Positions 51,237 to 64,000 of a stretch of 64,000 nucleotides of DNA are shown piece after piece. The translations under genes and the position numbers were made by a program. The notes under the pieces were generated by a model. The model was not told the origin of the DNA. It saw only the letters and a list, made by a program, of their open reading frames with translations, and searched no databases. Position 1 is the stretch's first letter; each line of letters begins with the position of its first letter. This stretch comes from Balanoglossus misakiensis (Eukaryota > Animalia > Hemichordata): the NCBI GenBank assembly GCA_040954595.2, contig CM082583.2, forward strand, positions 8,418,254 to 8,482,253, in the 5' to 3' direction.

Positions 51237-51419
51237 CTGAAAAAAAACACAGAAAAAAACAGACATAGATGAGCAGACTGATCATTATGCAGATGGACTG
51301 TATACTGAGATTATAATCACCTCAACAGCCAACGCTTCTTGACACACAGTACAATACTATATATTACTACATCACACCATTAGAGTCTACCTACAGAAAT
51401 TCAATGCTAGATTTGGATT

Positions 51420-51780
51420 TAGGTTAAGTGTGCACCTCAAAAATCAAAGTCTTAAACTTTTCTCATATTTTACTCAAGGCAACAGTAGATTATGAAAATT
51501 GAGAATAAAATATTAAGGGTCACTGTGCTAAACTTTTATATGATAGAGCGAAATTGTCTCAAATTTGAAATTCAAAATGGTAACCTGAATCTGTGTTATC
51601 TTTATGAAGGAAATCAAAAGTAGAAGTGAATGATTTTTTTATGAAACAAGACAGTAAACACCCAGTTTTCTTCTTCGTTTTTAAAAAAGACTCCTCACAC
51701 ACTTTAATATAGCAAAGAATTGAAAGGCTTCGAGAATTACCATCTTACTGAAAATTATGTCCCCGCGGCACGGATATGTA
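51420..51780. mobile_element. Degenerate dispersed repeat (MITE-like), intronic
   Basis: Similar 5' part to the 40350 copy; boundaries approximate. Confidence 0.45.
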
Positions 51781-54011
51781 CATATGTCGATCACTAAAAC
51801 GACATGTAAAATGGTTCTCAGTCCTTGGAACCCTTTTTCATTACAATCTAAATCACAGCCAAGCCAGATGGAAGGAAATGAATGGAAACAAGATCCCAAC
51901 CTCGAGGGCCATGGCGGATATGTGTGACTTATAAGGGTACGAAATCTCAAATCTAACAAGCATATTAACATCTGATTTAAGCCTGCGAACACGCACCCTA
52001 GAACAATCATTAAAATTCATACTATAATTCAGAAAATCGGATAGAAGTCACTATGGTATGTCATAAGAGACAAGACATTTAGGCTGAAGTCATTATAGAG
52101 AGATGCAGTGGAAAGAAACTTTTGAAATACATGGAATCATTAAATGTAAATCTAGTAGGTCAACATGCATTAACTCACTTGATATAGTTCCCCTAAGTGT
52201 TCACTGCTGAACGATTAGAAAACATATCTTGAAAAGTGGAAAGTTTGACAATGATGAACAAAGAAAATATCAACGAATATGTCATATTTATTGGTAACAT
52301 ATTTCATAAACTGGGCAGCCACTTTTATCAGTATAGATCTCAAACTGATAACTTAAAGAAGAACGAAAGACTTAAACTCTGCAAAGAAACAGCAGAAAAA
52401 CACTTTGGGTGATGCAGTGGTAGCTATGGCAACAGTTGTAACAATAGTCTCTTTGTATATCCCCGCAATCATGCTAAATTTACACCCAACTATGCTGTGG
52501 AAAATGTTCAATCCTAATGACTCTTGCTAAAGAACTTCCTGCATCATGTTGATTCCGATCCCGGCCCATTGAAACACAGACCAATCGTGGCATATCTTAC
52601 AGGCATGCCGAGCAATTAACACACTTCATGGGCTCAAAAGCCTTTTGTGTTACGTATATGAAACAGCCACATGCACTGACAAATTGAGATTCTCATTCCC
52701 ACCGTCTTCCTTTCCCCCTTCCTGTTGACAGGAAACGACGTACACAGCTGCAATATGGATGCAATGTTTAAAGAGGGTGCATGGACAATACAACTTAGTG
52801 CCGCAAGACAGCGCAATTATATCATCTTCAAGGAATCGAGCTTCTGATCGACGGTTCAAGTTAGTTTCAGCGATCATTCACTCCATGTGAAGATGGTGAC
52901 ATGTCGTCAGAAACCATTCTTTGATCCAATGACAGGTCCACAGCTAGGATACTGTTATTATCTTTGTTATACAAATTTCCATGCTGGCTTCTTTTTTCAC
53001 CATTTTGAAAGTTTCAAACAGCTACACAGTGGGTCAAATCATCCCGAGTTCCACGTGTGCTATGGTTGGGGAGGGCAGTTAATTTTTTCAGGATGCGGCT
53101 GTAAAAATTCTTCCTCTACTAGATATGTCATGATGTAATTATATCAATTCAGGCACATCTTGCAATTGTTCAAATCATATGCTAAATGCACTGACAGATC
53201 AGCCGGCAAATGGGATTCTTTCCAACTAAAACTCACAATTTTATAGACAGAGAAACATCGAGTACCTATGGGCCATGTGTTTTATCAAGGATTGTCAAAA
53301 TCACCTTCTTTCCTTCAGCTTTTGGCATTTACAATTTTTTTTCAAACTACAGTGTATCAGATGAACCCTAGTCCTTTACAATCAATCCCATTCCCCCCCC
53401 CCCCCCAAGGCATGAGTCAGCTTTGTTGATTATTCCTCCATTATCTGCAACCTTCAAAGAGCGTTTACTTTCAGCTTATATTCTCCAACCTCTGCATGAA
53501 ACAAGACCCTCCGGCTGAACCCTCCCTAATCAAAACTTGTTGAAGGATCACACAAGCTGTCAACAGAGGGCAGTTGACTACTTTACCCGGGGCACACATA
53601 GACTCTAGAGGGCAGTAGATTCTAGAAGGCGGTATGATGCCGGCTGAGGTAAAATTCTCAGGCTTTATTTGTAATTCTTATAACAATATGGGGAGACCAG
53701 TGAGAGAGAAGTGGTAAATTTTGAATATTCAATGCTAAAATTTACTGTACGTTATTCGGTCTTTAAAAGCCTGTATAGCATCCTAAAATGCAGTTTGTCA
53801 GTTACCAAGCCTGCATATATGTCATGACCATTGACACTGTTCATAAATGAATTCATACCGGGACCTAAATTAAATTCTAAGTAATTAAACAGTGCTGGCC
53901 GTACACATACAGGTTGTGTGTGACGTACCTCGATCCAAACATTCATTCACCACAAAAAAATGCATTTCTCATCCACCAAGCAAAAAGAACCATAAGTTAA
54001 TCGCGACCAAC

Positions 54012-54157
54012 CTGGGGATATTTCTCTGCGACGGCTTGATAGAGTCTGAAGACACTGTATTTCTCCATAGCCGGCAAATCTTCCACATGCAGACTGATGG
54101 CGTTCAGGTTGGCCATGATTTTCTCTTCACAGTGTGGAAACAAAACGCTGAGACATG
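54012..54157 (-). CDS. ARM-Death-TIR-TIR protein exon (helical repeat region)
   Basis: ttttag|(A)CLSVLFPHCEEKIMANLNAISLHVEDLPAMEKYSVFRLYQAVAEKYPQ|gttggt. Confidence 0.8.
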
Positions 54158-54700
54158 CTAAAATGAGAAAGAATTGAGGCTGAGAGCTGTGTTTGACAAA
54201 GAATAAGGATCTTGCATGAGATCTACAACTCTGAAACGAAAAGTAATATAAGATTAAAATTTTGCTCATGCCTTTATATATTGCATGGCTAAGACAAAAA
54301 TCTAGAATGAGAGCAAAAGCAGAGGTGATCAACATTTCTTGAACTACTAGTATTTTCTCTCCACATTATCAGCAAAATGTAATGAATTGGCAAAAAACCT
54401 GATAATAACATTCTGCAATTTTTTTTTACTTCACAAGATTGAAACATTAAGAACTTAGAATGGAACGTTGGGATTTTGTTTAATTGGCATGAAATATAAC
54501 ATATACAAAGCTATCAGATCCATCAACCGTAACTATAAAGACGTGATACAGATCTGTGGGTCACCATGGCAACATATGCAAAACTGAATCAATAGTTCAC
54601 ATACATGTATGGAAATCCGGGGAGATAAATTTGCATACTAAGCCGCAAATGTCTACAGATTTTGACCCCTGAAGTACAGATTATTGAATTTTACGTGTAC

Positions 54701-54893
54701 CTGCTAGATTGAAGTGGTGATATGTCAGATAACACTGGAGGATTTCGTCTATGTATGGTATCAGTAATTCAGGATATGCATTCAATGTGTACACGAATGC
54801 CGCGGCCGAGTCACTGATGTGCGGTAACTCCATCCTCATCAGAGTGAAAGCATGCGGTAGAAAGCCTTGGATGACGTCGGGGTTTGAGTGATT
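54701..54893 (-). CDS. ARM-Death-TIR-TIR protein exon (helical repeat region)
   Basis: gacag|NHSNPDVIQGFLPHAFTLMRMELPHISDSAAAFVYTLNAYPELLIPYIDEILQCYLTYHHFNLA G|gtacac; this frame is not in the ORF track. Confidence 0.8.
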
Positions 54894-55956
54894 CTGTCAG
54901 GAAAAGACAAGACAAAACAAAGCTATTATGTTTTGTTACAAAAAAACAAAAGTACTTCTTTAATAAAATATGGTTTTGTGTCAAAAACAAAAAATGAGGA
55001 AGCAAAATAGCTAGAGTTGCGAAAAATTTATTGACTCATAAAATTTCTGATTTATAATCCTCCCTGTGTGATTATATGGCCATAGTTACTGTTGATTAAG
55101 AGACACAAATATACATCTTAAACATAAAAAACACTAGAAATAAATTACCGACAAACTGACAAAGACTACAATTCAGCTATTGACATCCTGCCAAACAATA
55201 GACAATCTTACAACTGCTTCAGAGGACGAAGGACTAAATCTCCTGGAAGTAAACCCAGTGTTGGGAGATTATAGGAGCAGTTCAAAGGGTCACAGACAGG
55301 TCACCAGAACCAGTGATTGGGATCAGACGTGCCATGCAACTGTCACAATGGGATGATGTCAGCAGAGTCAGTTCTAATTGAGTGGAAAAAAAATGCCAGG
55401 CCCCAGGAAGAATGCCCTTATCCAGGAGAATTGTGCTGAGAGTAAATCGGGCCTTTGTTAGTTTGTAGGATTGGACCCTGCAGCTGTGACGTGACCAATT
55501 TGGAACCAAATTGTATCTATAATGCCATGCAATGTAATTGAGCAGAAAGGGACTACTGTGTTCACTTCACAGCCGTGACATCATGAATCGGAGGGCAGTG
55601 AGTAATTACAGAATTCAATCGCAACCAAAGCTGCACCCTGGTTGTAATTCACATTTTCTTGAGTCTGAACAATCCATGCCCTTTAACCACCGATTTTTTC
55701 ACTGGAGAAACGACTACTTCTCAACAGACAACCATTGATCAAATGTTCATGTTTTCTTGTTGTTGATACAGGCGAAATTTTGTTGAAGCATATGAGTTAG
55801 CCAACAATTAGCCATCTGTCAGATCAACACATAACAAATCTGTCCTTCGATCAATCTGTCCATCTATCCATAATAAGTGCTAGTGAAGATGATACATGTA
55901 TAAACATACACTGCCTTTAAACTTTTCTGTATAATATTAACAAAAAGTCGACTTAC

Positions 55957-56110
55957 TGGATGAAGAAAGCCCAGGAGGATTTCTTTGACGACATAGCCAT
56001 GCAGTGTCAGTTGTCTGCGTAGGCTTGCCTTGCCAACCAGCTGATGCTTGAGAGAAAACTCCAAGATTCTGAGAAGCTGGGATGAGTGATGGGCAGAGGT
56101 GTTGAAATTC
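55957..56110 (-). CDS. ARM-Death-TIR-TIR protein exon (helical repeat region)
   Basis: cgcag|(M)NFNTSAHHSSQLLRILEFSLKHQLVGKASLRRQLTLHGYVVKEILLGFLHP|gtaagt; phases 2/0. Confidence 0.78.
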
Positions 56111-58181
56111 CTGCGAACACAAAAAGTGAAATGAGCTCCAAATGCAACAATTCAGTGCCAATGTTCAATGTATTTTTCCTTGGGTGCTTGTTGTGCCCAG
56201 CAAGAAACCATTCAGCATCTCACGGACGCTTCCATCAATGGTGGCTTTACAAAAGTCCTGCTGTTTAATTTCTGTGACAATTGTATATGTGTTTATACGA
56301 GTGTCTGGTAAATTTAGCCTTCACTTTGACTGACAGTCTCGTTTGCAGAAGACATATTCTGCGGCAGATGCCATCGCCATTCTGTACTCATTTCCCCTGA
56401 CACAAAGAAATTCCCATAGCAACGCTGGTTACCGAAAAGATATTTTTAAAAATCCACAGATTTACATATCAAGCGGTGTGCTTATTAAAAACGGTAACAA
56501 TTCACAGAGTAAGAAAAAGTCAATATTTCTGTTTTTTCCAGCATTCACACAAAGAATAAGTTTGTTAGGTGGGTGTGAATGTTTAACAACAATGATAACC
56601 TATGACCCCGTTTATTACTAGCTTGAATAATTTATAACCACCTGTTGATTGATGTCAGATTTGAACTACGACCCGTGGGTCAAACGAAAAGTTACAGTGA
56701 AATATTTGCATTTGGAACACCATAATACAGGCCAACAGACTAAATTATGACAATTGTGTCTTAATAATATGTTTATTTGGAGTGTGGTTTCTCGTTTTTG
56801 AAATTTGCCTTTCACTTGTGAAATTTGTTTAGTCCTGTTTGGTGTGAATTGTGTAAAACTAAAACGAGAATTTTTCTGGAGTGGCTGAGACACTCATAGT
56901 CATAAACACACCATAACCAGGTCAGTCAAGTGTCAATGCATTGCAAGCACACTGCTTTTAGTTTAGACCACCATATAATTCAAACTTCGTGCAAAATATA
57001 TGCTATCAGTTTCAGGGAGGTAGTTTCAGGCTAGTGACTCGCACACATATTCCAACACTGACCAAAGGAATGTAAACAGTGAATTTAATCACGTTTTTCA
57101 TGAAACAGAAGTGCATACCACTATAGAAGCCGAAAGGTCAGCCTATAAAGTCTGTCCTCGCTGGCAGAGTTATTACACACTTGAAACTGTGAGTTTAATG
57201 GTATATCCAAGCCAAATACCTAATAAACCTGTATATGAAAAATGCCATCCGTCTAGGGCCTGAAACGTCAAATGCCACATTGTACACTAGAACATTTTGA
57301 CATAAACTGTCCTTTGAAATATAGCAAAATGATATATGATTTCTAAAAGTTTTACATTGCAACACAAGAAACAAGGTAAGATTTCCCTGAATAACGATAT
57401 GAAAGTCCAAATTTACTTTGAAAGAAGGAACTAAAACCAAAAAAATTCCATGGTATCTACTCACTGTGACCTTTTAGTTTTCTGGTGGATCAATACTGAA
57501 AAGATGCATAGACTTACTTTGAAATACAGGATATTCAAGATATTAACCCATAAACGAAGGCAGTTCAAAAATTCCACTATAATTGAAATGGCCCCATTTA
57601 AGATTTTAAGTGGGTCCGTGTTCAGCTCCTCAATTGTCCCGGAAAACAATTGAGCGGAAACGAAGTGGAACTTTTCCTGTTAACAACGGCGGTGTAAGTA
57701 CAGGAGTTGAGCTCAATAACTTGTTGGTTTACAAGGAGACTGGCAAATTACAAACGATTGGAAAGTGGCAAATGGTTGGAAAGCAGCTATTAAAATCACA
57801 GTTCACTTAAATCAATCATGGGATATCTGTCACGAAAATAACAGGATTTCAAAAAAGGACGAGTGACTCCATTATAAATTTAACTACATTATTCCACTCC
57901 CATACTAGAGTAGACATATACTATTAGCCTTTGAACTATAAACTCATTTTGCGTTTTGACGTTTCCTGCCTCGTGCAATCAATTATTATATTTCCGTTTT
58001 CTAGAATTTGTCACGTTTTCTGGAAGTCGTCAAATTTCATTCAAGGGCATGCTGAAATGAAAGATTATTTATAGAAAACTACATCATCATCATCACTAAT
58101 TTTATAACCAAGCTGTGTATTCATATTAACTACTATTTGCATCGGACCAATAACATAATTGATATCAGGTCAATGACTTAC

Positions 58182-58315
58182 ATAATCTTCATGGTAACAT
58201 TTCGCATTATTGCCCAGACGATTTCTACAGCTTCCCAATCATCAGACGTGATCCAGTCCTGCTGTAACCACAATTCAAAGGCATCCAATATACCAACAAT
58301 GTCATCTTTGCTTAT
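58182..58315 (-). CDS. ARM-Death-TIR-TIR protein exon (N-terminal helical region)
   Basis: acacag|ISKDDIVGILDAFELWLQQDWITSDDWEAVEIVWAIMRNVTMKI AT|gtaagt; phase 2 joins the 56110 exon. Confidence 0.75.
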
Positions 58316-59799
58316 CTGTGTAAAAAAAAAACATTCACACAATGAATAAGATGAATGGTATAGTCAATATAATAGCATATTTCTTTTATTTTCTAAATTT
58401 CAACCGCACATTAAATTTAATGCTGCAATTATTCTATAACTTTTTCTCAAAACATTTGAAATTGGTTGTTTTGGGGAGTGAGTGTTTATGTACCTACCCA
58501 CCTCCCATTCAAACTGCTCAGAAGATGTACAACATAAACATTTATTACTATAGCCAGTTGTTGCAGCCTGGTTACCGTGATACAGTGTGTTTCTAATGTA
58601 GGTGCACAAATAGAGGAACTGGGGTAACATGACCCTCGCAAATAATGACTGTCTGGAATGGGAATACTTTAGAGGACTGTTCATTCAAATATTGAAATGA
58701 TATGCAAATGTTATGCAAATCAGACAGAATGGGATATACCTATTGGCCATAGAGGGATTTACCTTCTGGCCATAGAGGGCGCCCTTAATTGAAACAAGCT
58801 CGGTTAGGAAAAAAATATTTCAATCTTTTATTCATGATCTCTCATAATGCACATACTACCTCAATCCACTGCAATACTAGTAAAATATTGTCATCAGTGT
58901 TCTTCAATACTATTGACAACATAATATGAATATCAATAGTGGTATATGTACTGAAATCATTTTACAAATTGTAGCAACTAGTAAATGTTCTGCTTGAATG
59001 ATTAATTGATTATGGTTATTAGCAATTCTTTGGTTCGTTGGTTCTGGTCAGTTTCCTAATGCATTATAATTGCAGGTGTTATTATAGTGGGGTATATCAA
59101 TATTATTTTTATATCAATTTCATTTTCGGTACTCTATTTAAGACTACACACTTCATCACAAGTGAACATGACACTCACGCAATCATAATATAAGTTGACT
59201 TCCTGCAGCATAAAAATTATAGTAATTGCCATCATCACCATTAATTATTCAAATGGAAACTGTCAATGATGAGCCACATGACGGCTAAATTGCTAATCCA
59301 AGGTCAATAGAAGCATACACGGACAAGTTATGACCAGGGAGAGTTGGAAATTATTAATCGATCAATATGCTGTAACCTATGCCAGTTTTCAGTCTTTTTT
59401 GTTATTTTTATGAAAATGCTGCTTCATATATATTTCATTTTTAGTGTGTAAACTCTGCATAACTGAAATAAAATTTTACCAGTTCACTAAAAGACCGTTA
59501 AAATATAGTTTGCTCATCATTCTGCTGCTTTACAGAATTCATAAATTAATATTAAAGGACTCGACATCTTTGGACACCTGGTGAGCGAGATGTGTATTAT
59601 GCGATATCTGGGGCATCATTTCTGTCTGCCAAATATCGATTTGCTCTTCTGAAAATGGGCAGAAAATAAACAAACCTACACAACACTCGAAAAATGCTGC
59701 TGGTAGTACACGTAGATTAAATCGTAAAAATGAACAACTGTTTACGAAGGCTCTCGGCTTCAGCTTCGCGACAGACATGTTACAAAGGGCTTTCATAAA

Positions 59800-60560
59800 A
59801 TATATGTTATGCCCGACCACGCATGTTGTCAGCTGACGCGGCCGGCAAAATAAGGATGTTTATGAATAATAAAGGAGTGTGCTTTTACCTTCTTTGGGTC
59901 TTGCATATACCGCTTCAGTAGTTTCCTTTCGTGGGCCATATTGTCCCCGGTGTTTTTGTCAAAGACCGACCGGACGTGTAGCTAGCTGGACAGCCAGAAA
60001 AGTTACGGCTTCAAGTCTGACTTCACCGGCGTCATTGTCGATTTCATCCCGCCGAAATCAGCACATCTACATCTGTTCATCACTGCCCGATGGCTGCTTG
60101 GATTTAAACGCGCTTTTTCGATTTGTGGGCAGTTCGAGTTTACAACAAGCGACACGTCCTCACGCAGCGCAACCTATTTTAGGGCGAGTGTGCCACCACG
60201 CTAGTCATACAAACGCATTAGCTCCTCTGTTCTTATATATTGTAATCCGTTACGCACGCCCGTAAGCGCTGAAAGCCTGTCGTGTTTGCTGGCGTCGCGT
60301 ATGGCAACCAAACGCAACGCGCTGTTTTCCCGCGTTGGCACGCGTATGTTTGGCCCGCTATCTATCAGAGCAGCATCGGTAAGGTATCGCCCATGGTCAG
60401 AGTTCGGTTTCGGGTGGCTAGTCAAGGCGGTAGTTGGGGTGGCAACGGTCAAACGACCTAGGCGTTACCTTGCTCGACTCTGCACCTATTGTCCGTTCAT
60501 TGTCCCCGCCCGCCTCATCTTCAGAATTCCTACGTGATATGAACGTTGACCTGAAAATAG
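59800..60560. promoter_or_regulatory. CpG-rich island, probable (bidirectional) promoter
   Basis: Sharp rise in CpG and GC content relative to the CpG-depleted introns on both sides; coincides with the 5' end of the TIR gene. Confidence 0.55.
59889..59939 (-). CDS. Candidate first coding exon of the ARM-Death-TIR-TIR gene
   Basis: First ATG after an in-frame stop, MAHERKLLKRYMQDPKK|gtaaaa, phase 0 fits the 58315 exon; lies in the CpG-rich region; tentative. Confidence 0.45.
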
Positions 60561-63500
60561 CGCCATCGGATGGTTTTCAAAATAACTTTATACGGGGATA
60601 CATGCGCAACTTATAATAATCAAAGTTTTTTTTACACAGCTAAATGAAGCACATAGCTCAAATGAGAGAGTGTGTGGTGTACAAATTTTCAAAACTATAA
60701 TCATAGTAATTTGACATAGCGAGATATGCTACTTTTTTTCTAGCTAATAAAAAAATACCTGCAACAAGCCCTAAGGTCAAGTCCTCTCTCAGCCTGGGTG
60801 ATAAGATCTTGCTGCTTGTTTTGACATGATTGGCAGGAGGAATTACACTGTGTCTACAAGCTATTAATTTCCTTCTTTTATCAAATCATCTGTCTCTATA
60901 CTCAATCACACAGGCCTGTCAGTTTGCATATGGTAGCACTGATATGATACTAGTAGATTTCCAAAGAGATAAATTACTAATCTTTCAAGGATAGGTGAGT
61001 TTGAAATAATGTATACTGACGAAGAAAAGCAGTGATGAAATTTTCGGGAGAAAACTGCAACCAACAGGATTATTGTCAGATTTCGCTTCATGCTACAGTT
61101 ACATTTTGGGTTTTATTCAAGTTTCCCCCCAAAAATATTAGCTGTTCTTGTTTTTGAAACATGCAAGTAAAAGTGTGAGAAAATGTCTTACATAAAATAC
61201 TGGTGTTTCACAGATATTGACATAATCAAGAAGACTCAATTTTCTGCAATGCATTGAGCCTTCAAACCATCGCTTACTAACCAAGTCCAATTCTGTCAGG
61301 GAAAACCAAGGGGATGAATACAATACAAAAATTTTAACAAAAGCAATAATATACTTTATTTTTATTTTTTTTGGCATTCAAGGTAAGCAGGATGCCACAG
61401 CTTTTACAATCACACTGGCATGTCTTCTGATTCATATCTAATCACAGCCTACAGAAAAGATATGATTTCATGTGTAACACTGTACTACCGGAGACATAAT
61501 TTGTAGGACACTTTTTTTGCTTTATAGACACAGTACTACACTGGTAGAACAATTGAACAAACAGTGACATAGTTGATCTGTCACCCATCTGATTCTCTGG
61601 TAGTACAATATGCATGAATTATCATTCTCTGCTGAAAAAAAATATAAATGTGATCTAACTGGTTATCAAAATAACTTACATGGCATCTACAAGCTGAGCT
61701 ATGTGATTCTTCCAAAGCAAATACATGTACATAGCAGTATTAACTATCCACATAGGTTATATAGCATGTAACATTTCTGATGTATAAACACATCTGGCCA
61801 TCTGCTTGAAAACAATCCCCTTTGGCCCTCTCTCCTCGACCATCTTTTGGTCACACCTGATCTGAAGTATTACAACAAACTTGGTACAGATTTGGCAAAC
61901 AGGACATCTGAATGCATCAAATTATTTTGTCCATGTCCTTTCAAAAACATCTCGGTAAATTTACATGCATACTTCTGAATACCAAACGCAGTATATATAC
62001 CGTGTTCGGGGAAAGGGACCTCCACCACCCCCCTCCACACACACACTCCACCCCAGGAAGGGGCAAACCCCCCCCCCCCCTTTTTTTTACTGTGACATCC
62101 TGAATGAAACACTTATACACTGTATTCTGCTGTTGATATTTCTTTAGAAATACAGTTCACTACTAAATCATAAATGCACATAAACCTGTTGGTTAGCATT
62201 GTACATATAGGGAGGCCATCCTTGGCACAATGTTTAAAATGTCATATGGACCTCTAACACAACCATTACAAATGAAACATAGATTCATATAGACCTATAC
62301 AATTGATACACATGGTATGTACAAAGGGAGTACCTGTTATTGCAAATTGATTGTCATGAAACAAACTGCAAAAGTTGAAAGGTGTAACGTTTTTGGGGAT
62401 TTGGTGAAATTAATTATTGTACAAAACATATTGTCTATAAACAGGAAAGTCCCAAGACAGTGCCAAAAATGGCCCCTTTTCATTAATGACAGAAAAAAAC
62501 CTATTTAAAGCTGTCAAAAGTTCAAAAGTTATTCTTTTATCACACTCTATTTTGATGACAGAGAGACTTCATGAAAATCTTTGGTAAACTCTTTTTTTAC
62601 ACATCTATATCTTAAACAAGCAAACATTTATGGTATCCAGAAGACATAAACAATGCTTTTTATCTCTATACAATTCAATGACTTGGAAGAATTTATGATG
62701 GGCTACAAACAAACAATAAACAAAGCCTTTACATAATATGTACTGTTTAAGTACGGCCACATTGTACATGCCCATCTTGAAGAGTGATAATGGATTGTTA
62801 TGTACATCAGCTGTTACCATATCACATATTTCTGGGGAGAACACTGGATTATAACGTTAGTTGTCACCATTGATTTGATAGTGGTACTGCATATTTTTTG
62901 TCAGCACTGCATTGCCAGCAGTAATTACAATACAAAATGTTAACTATAATACAAAACAGTGACAAATTAGTCATGGCAGTGAAGTATTTAGATACCCCCA
63001 AGTATTAACTCCCTCCAATTTTCCCCCTTCCCAAATATTTCACACACAAAAAACCATTAAATACAAAGATTGTGAAAAGGTTGTCTATTTGGAATGTGAC
63101 ATTTAAAAGTTGCATACAAAACCGGCCCATTCGAATTCAGAGAAGTCATGAGTTGAAAACCATACTGACACTGCCATAAAATACCCGAGTCCTCTAACCA
63201 CTTCTAGCCTCATCGAGTCAATACTGCATGATTTAGTAGACCCTCACTTGCTCTGCCTAAACTGGCTTTTCACATTGGCTTGCGATGTCAATGTTTAGGA
63301 ACTGTGAGTCAGTTATTGGATGCAGCACCCCCTAAAGGTCACAAATGAAACCTCTGAATTTGCAGTTCATCCACAGGCACAAAAATTGAAATGTCTGTCA
63401 GTACACAATTACATATAACATGAAATTAAACATTAAGTCTTGGACATAGTACTGCTCTTACTTAGCAGTGATGTGTGGAAGTACTACCAGTCAATGAAAA

Positions 63501-64000
63501 TACTTAATGCAAAACTAGAAAAACCATGTACATTTGTGGAAGTTTTCATGCAAACACATAGGTGACCGAACCAGATTCTGGTAAAAAGTACACAATAAAT
63601 ATGTGCATTCTTATGTACACACTAGGTTGTATTGCTGTCACATGACCTCATCAGCAATTCAGCATGTTTTTTTTTTCAGAGAAGACTGCAATAGTCTGTC
63701 TTTTATCAGAGAATGAAGGAGATACAAACTTTCAATGCAAACTGGAGCATATCATTGTGGTTGTCACATATTCAGTGTTGACCAGGAATATTAAAAGACA
63801 CCTGTTATTTACAAATACTGTGTCAGGTGAAATAAAATTTAACTGAAAACGCTCTTTCTTATATAAAATCACTAATGTACCTAACAACAGGATACTGACA
63901 ATTACAAAACCTGTCCAAAATTCTGAGCACTTCATTTTTGCATCTTTTATGTCAGTCTTATTATTATTATGTTTATGGATGAACAATCATATCTTTTTTT

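Noticed and set aside
57461-57673. Extra exon of the TIR gene (EKFHFVSAQLFSGTIEELN..LYFK|gtaagt)
   Set aside because: Phase 0/0 does not fit the phase-2 junction between the 58182 and 56110 exons, which already join cleanly; may be a decayed retroelement fragment
59578-59648. Alternative upstream exon EQIDIWQTEMMPQISHNTHLAHQ of the TIR gene
   Set aside because: Weak donor (gtgtcc); in the phase supplied by the 59889 exon it hits a stop; cannot be excluded as an alternative start but unsupported
62605-63986. Minus-strand ORFs resembling a type II membrane protein N-terminus (MKCSEFWTGFVIVSILLLGTLVILYKK)
   Set aside because: No recognisable catalytic domain, frames close quickly and no consistent exon chain within the window

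Overview
Eukaryotic, AT-rich animal genomic DNA with GT-AG introns; a marine invertebrate deuterostome such as a hemichordate is my inference from gene style, not proven. The window holds: (1) two tandem GNAT/YitH-type acyltransferase paralogues (+, <1-431 and 2386-3480); (2) between them a 542-bp non-autonomous Academ(H)-type DNA transposon with TAG..CTA ends, a 9-bp TSD and a RecQ-like helicase remnant; (3) a complete 6-exon nicotinic acetylcholine receptor alpha-type subunit gene (-, 31785-7899, about 471 aa) whose intron 2 holds a ~15.6-kb array of an 88-bp satellite; (4) an intronless class-A GPCR with KNC in place of DRY (-, 39680-38643); (5) a ~14-exon gene (-, ~59939-42303, about 1083 aa) that I reconstruct as VEPH1/Melted-like ARM solenoid + Death domain + TIR + TIR + low-complexity tail + C-terminal CaaX box. 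The last is the most interesting item, a candidate membrane-anchored innate-immune or NADase signalling protein. Exon structures were built by hand from splice sites and phase, and family calls come from recalled motifs, not database searches.
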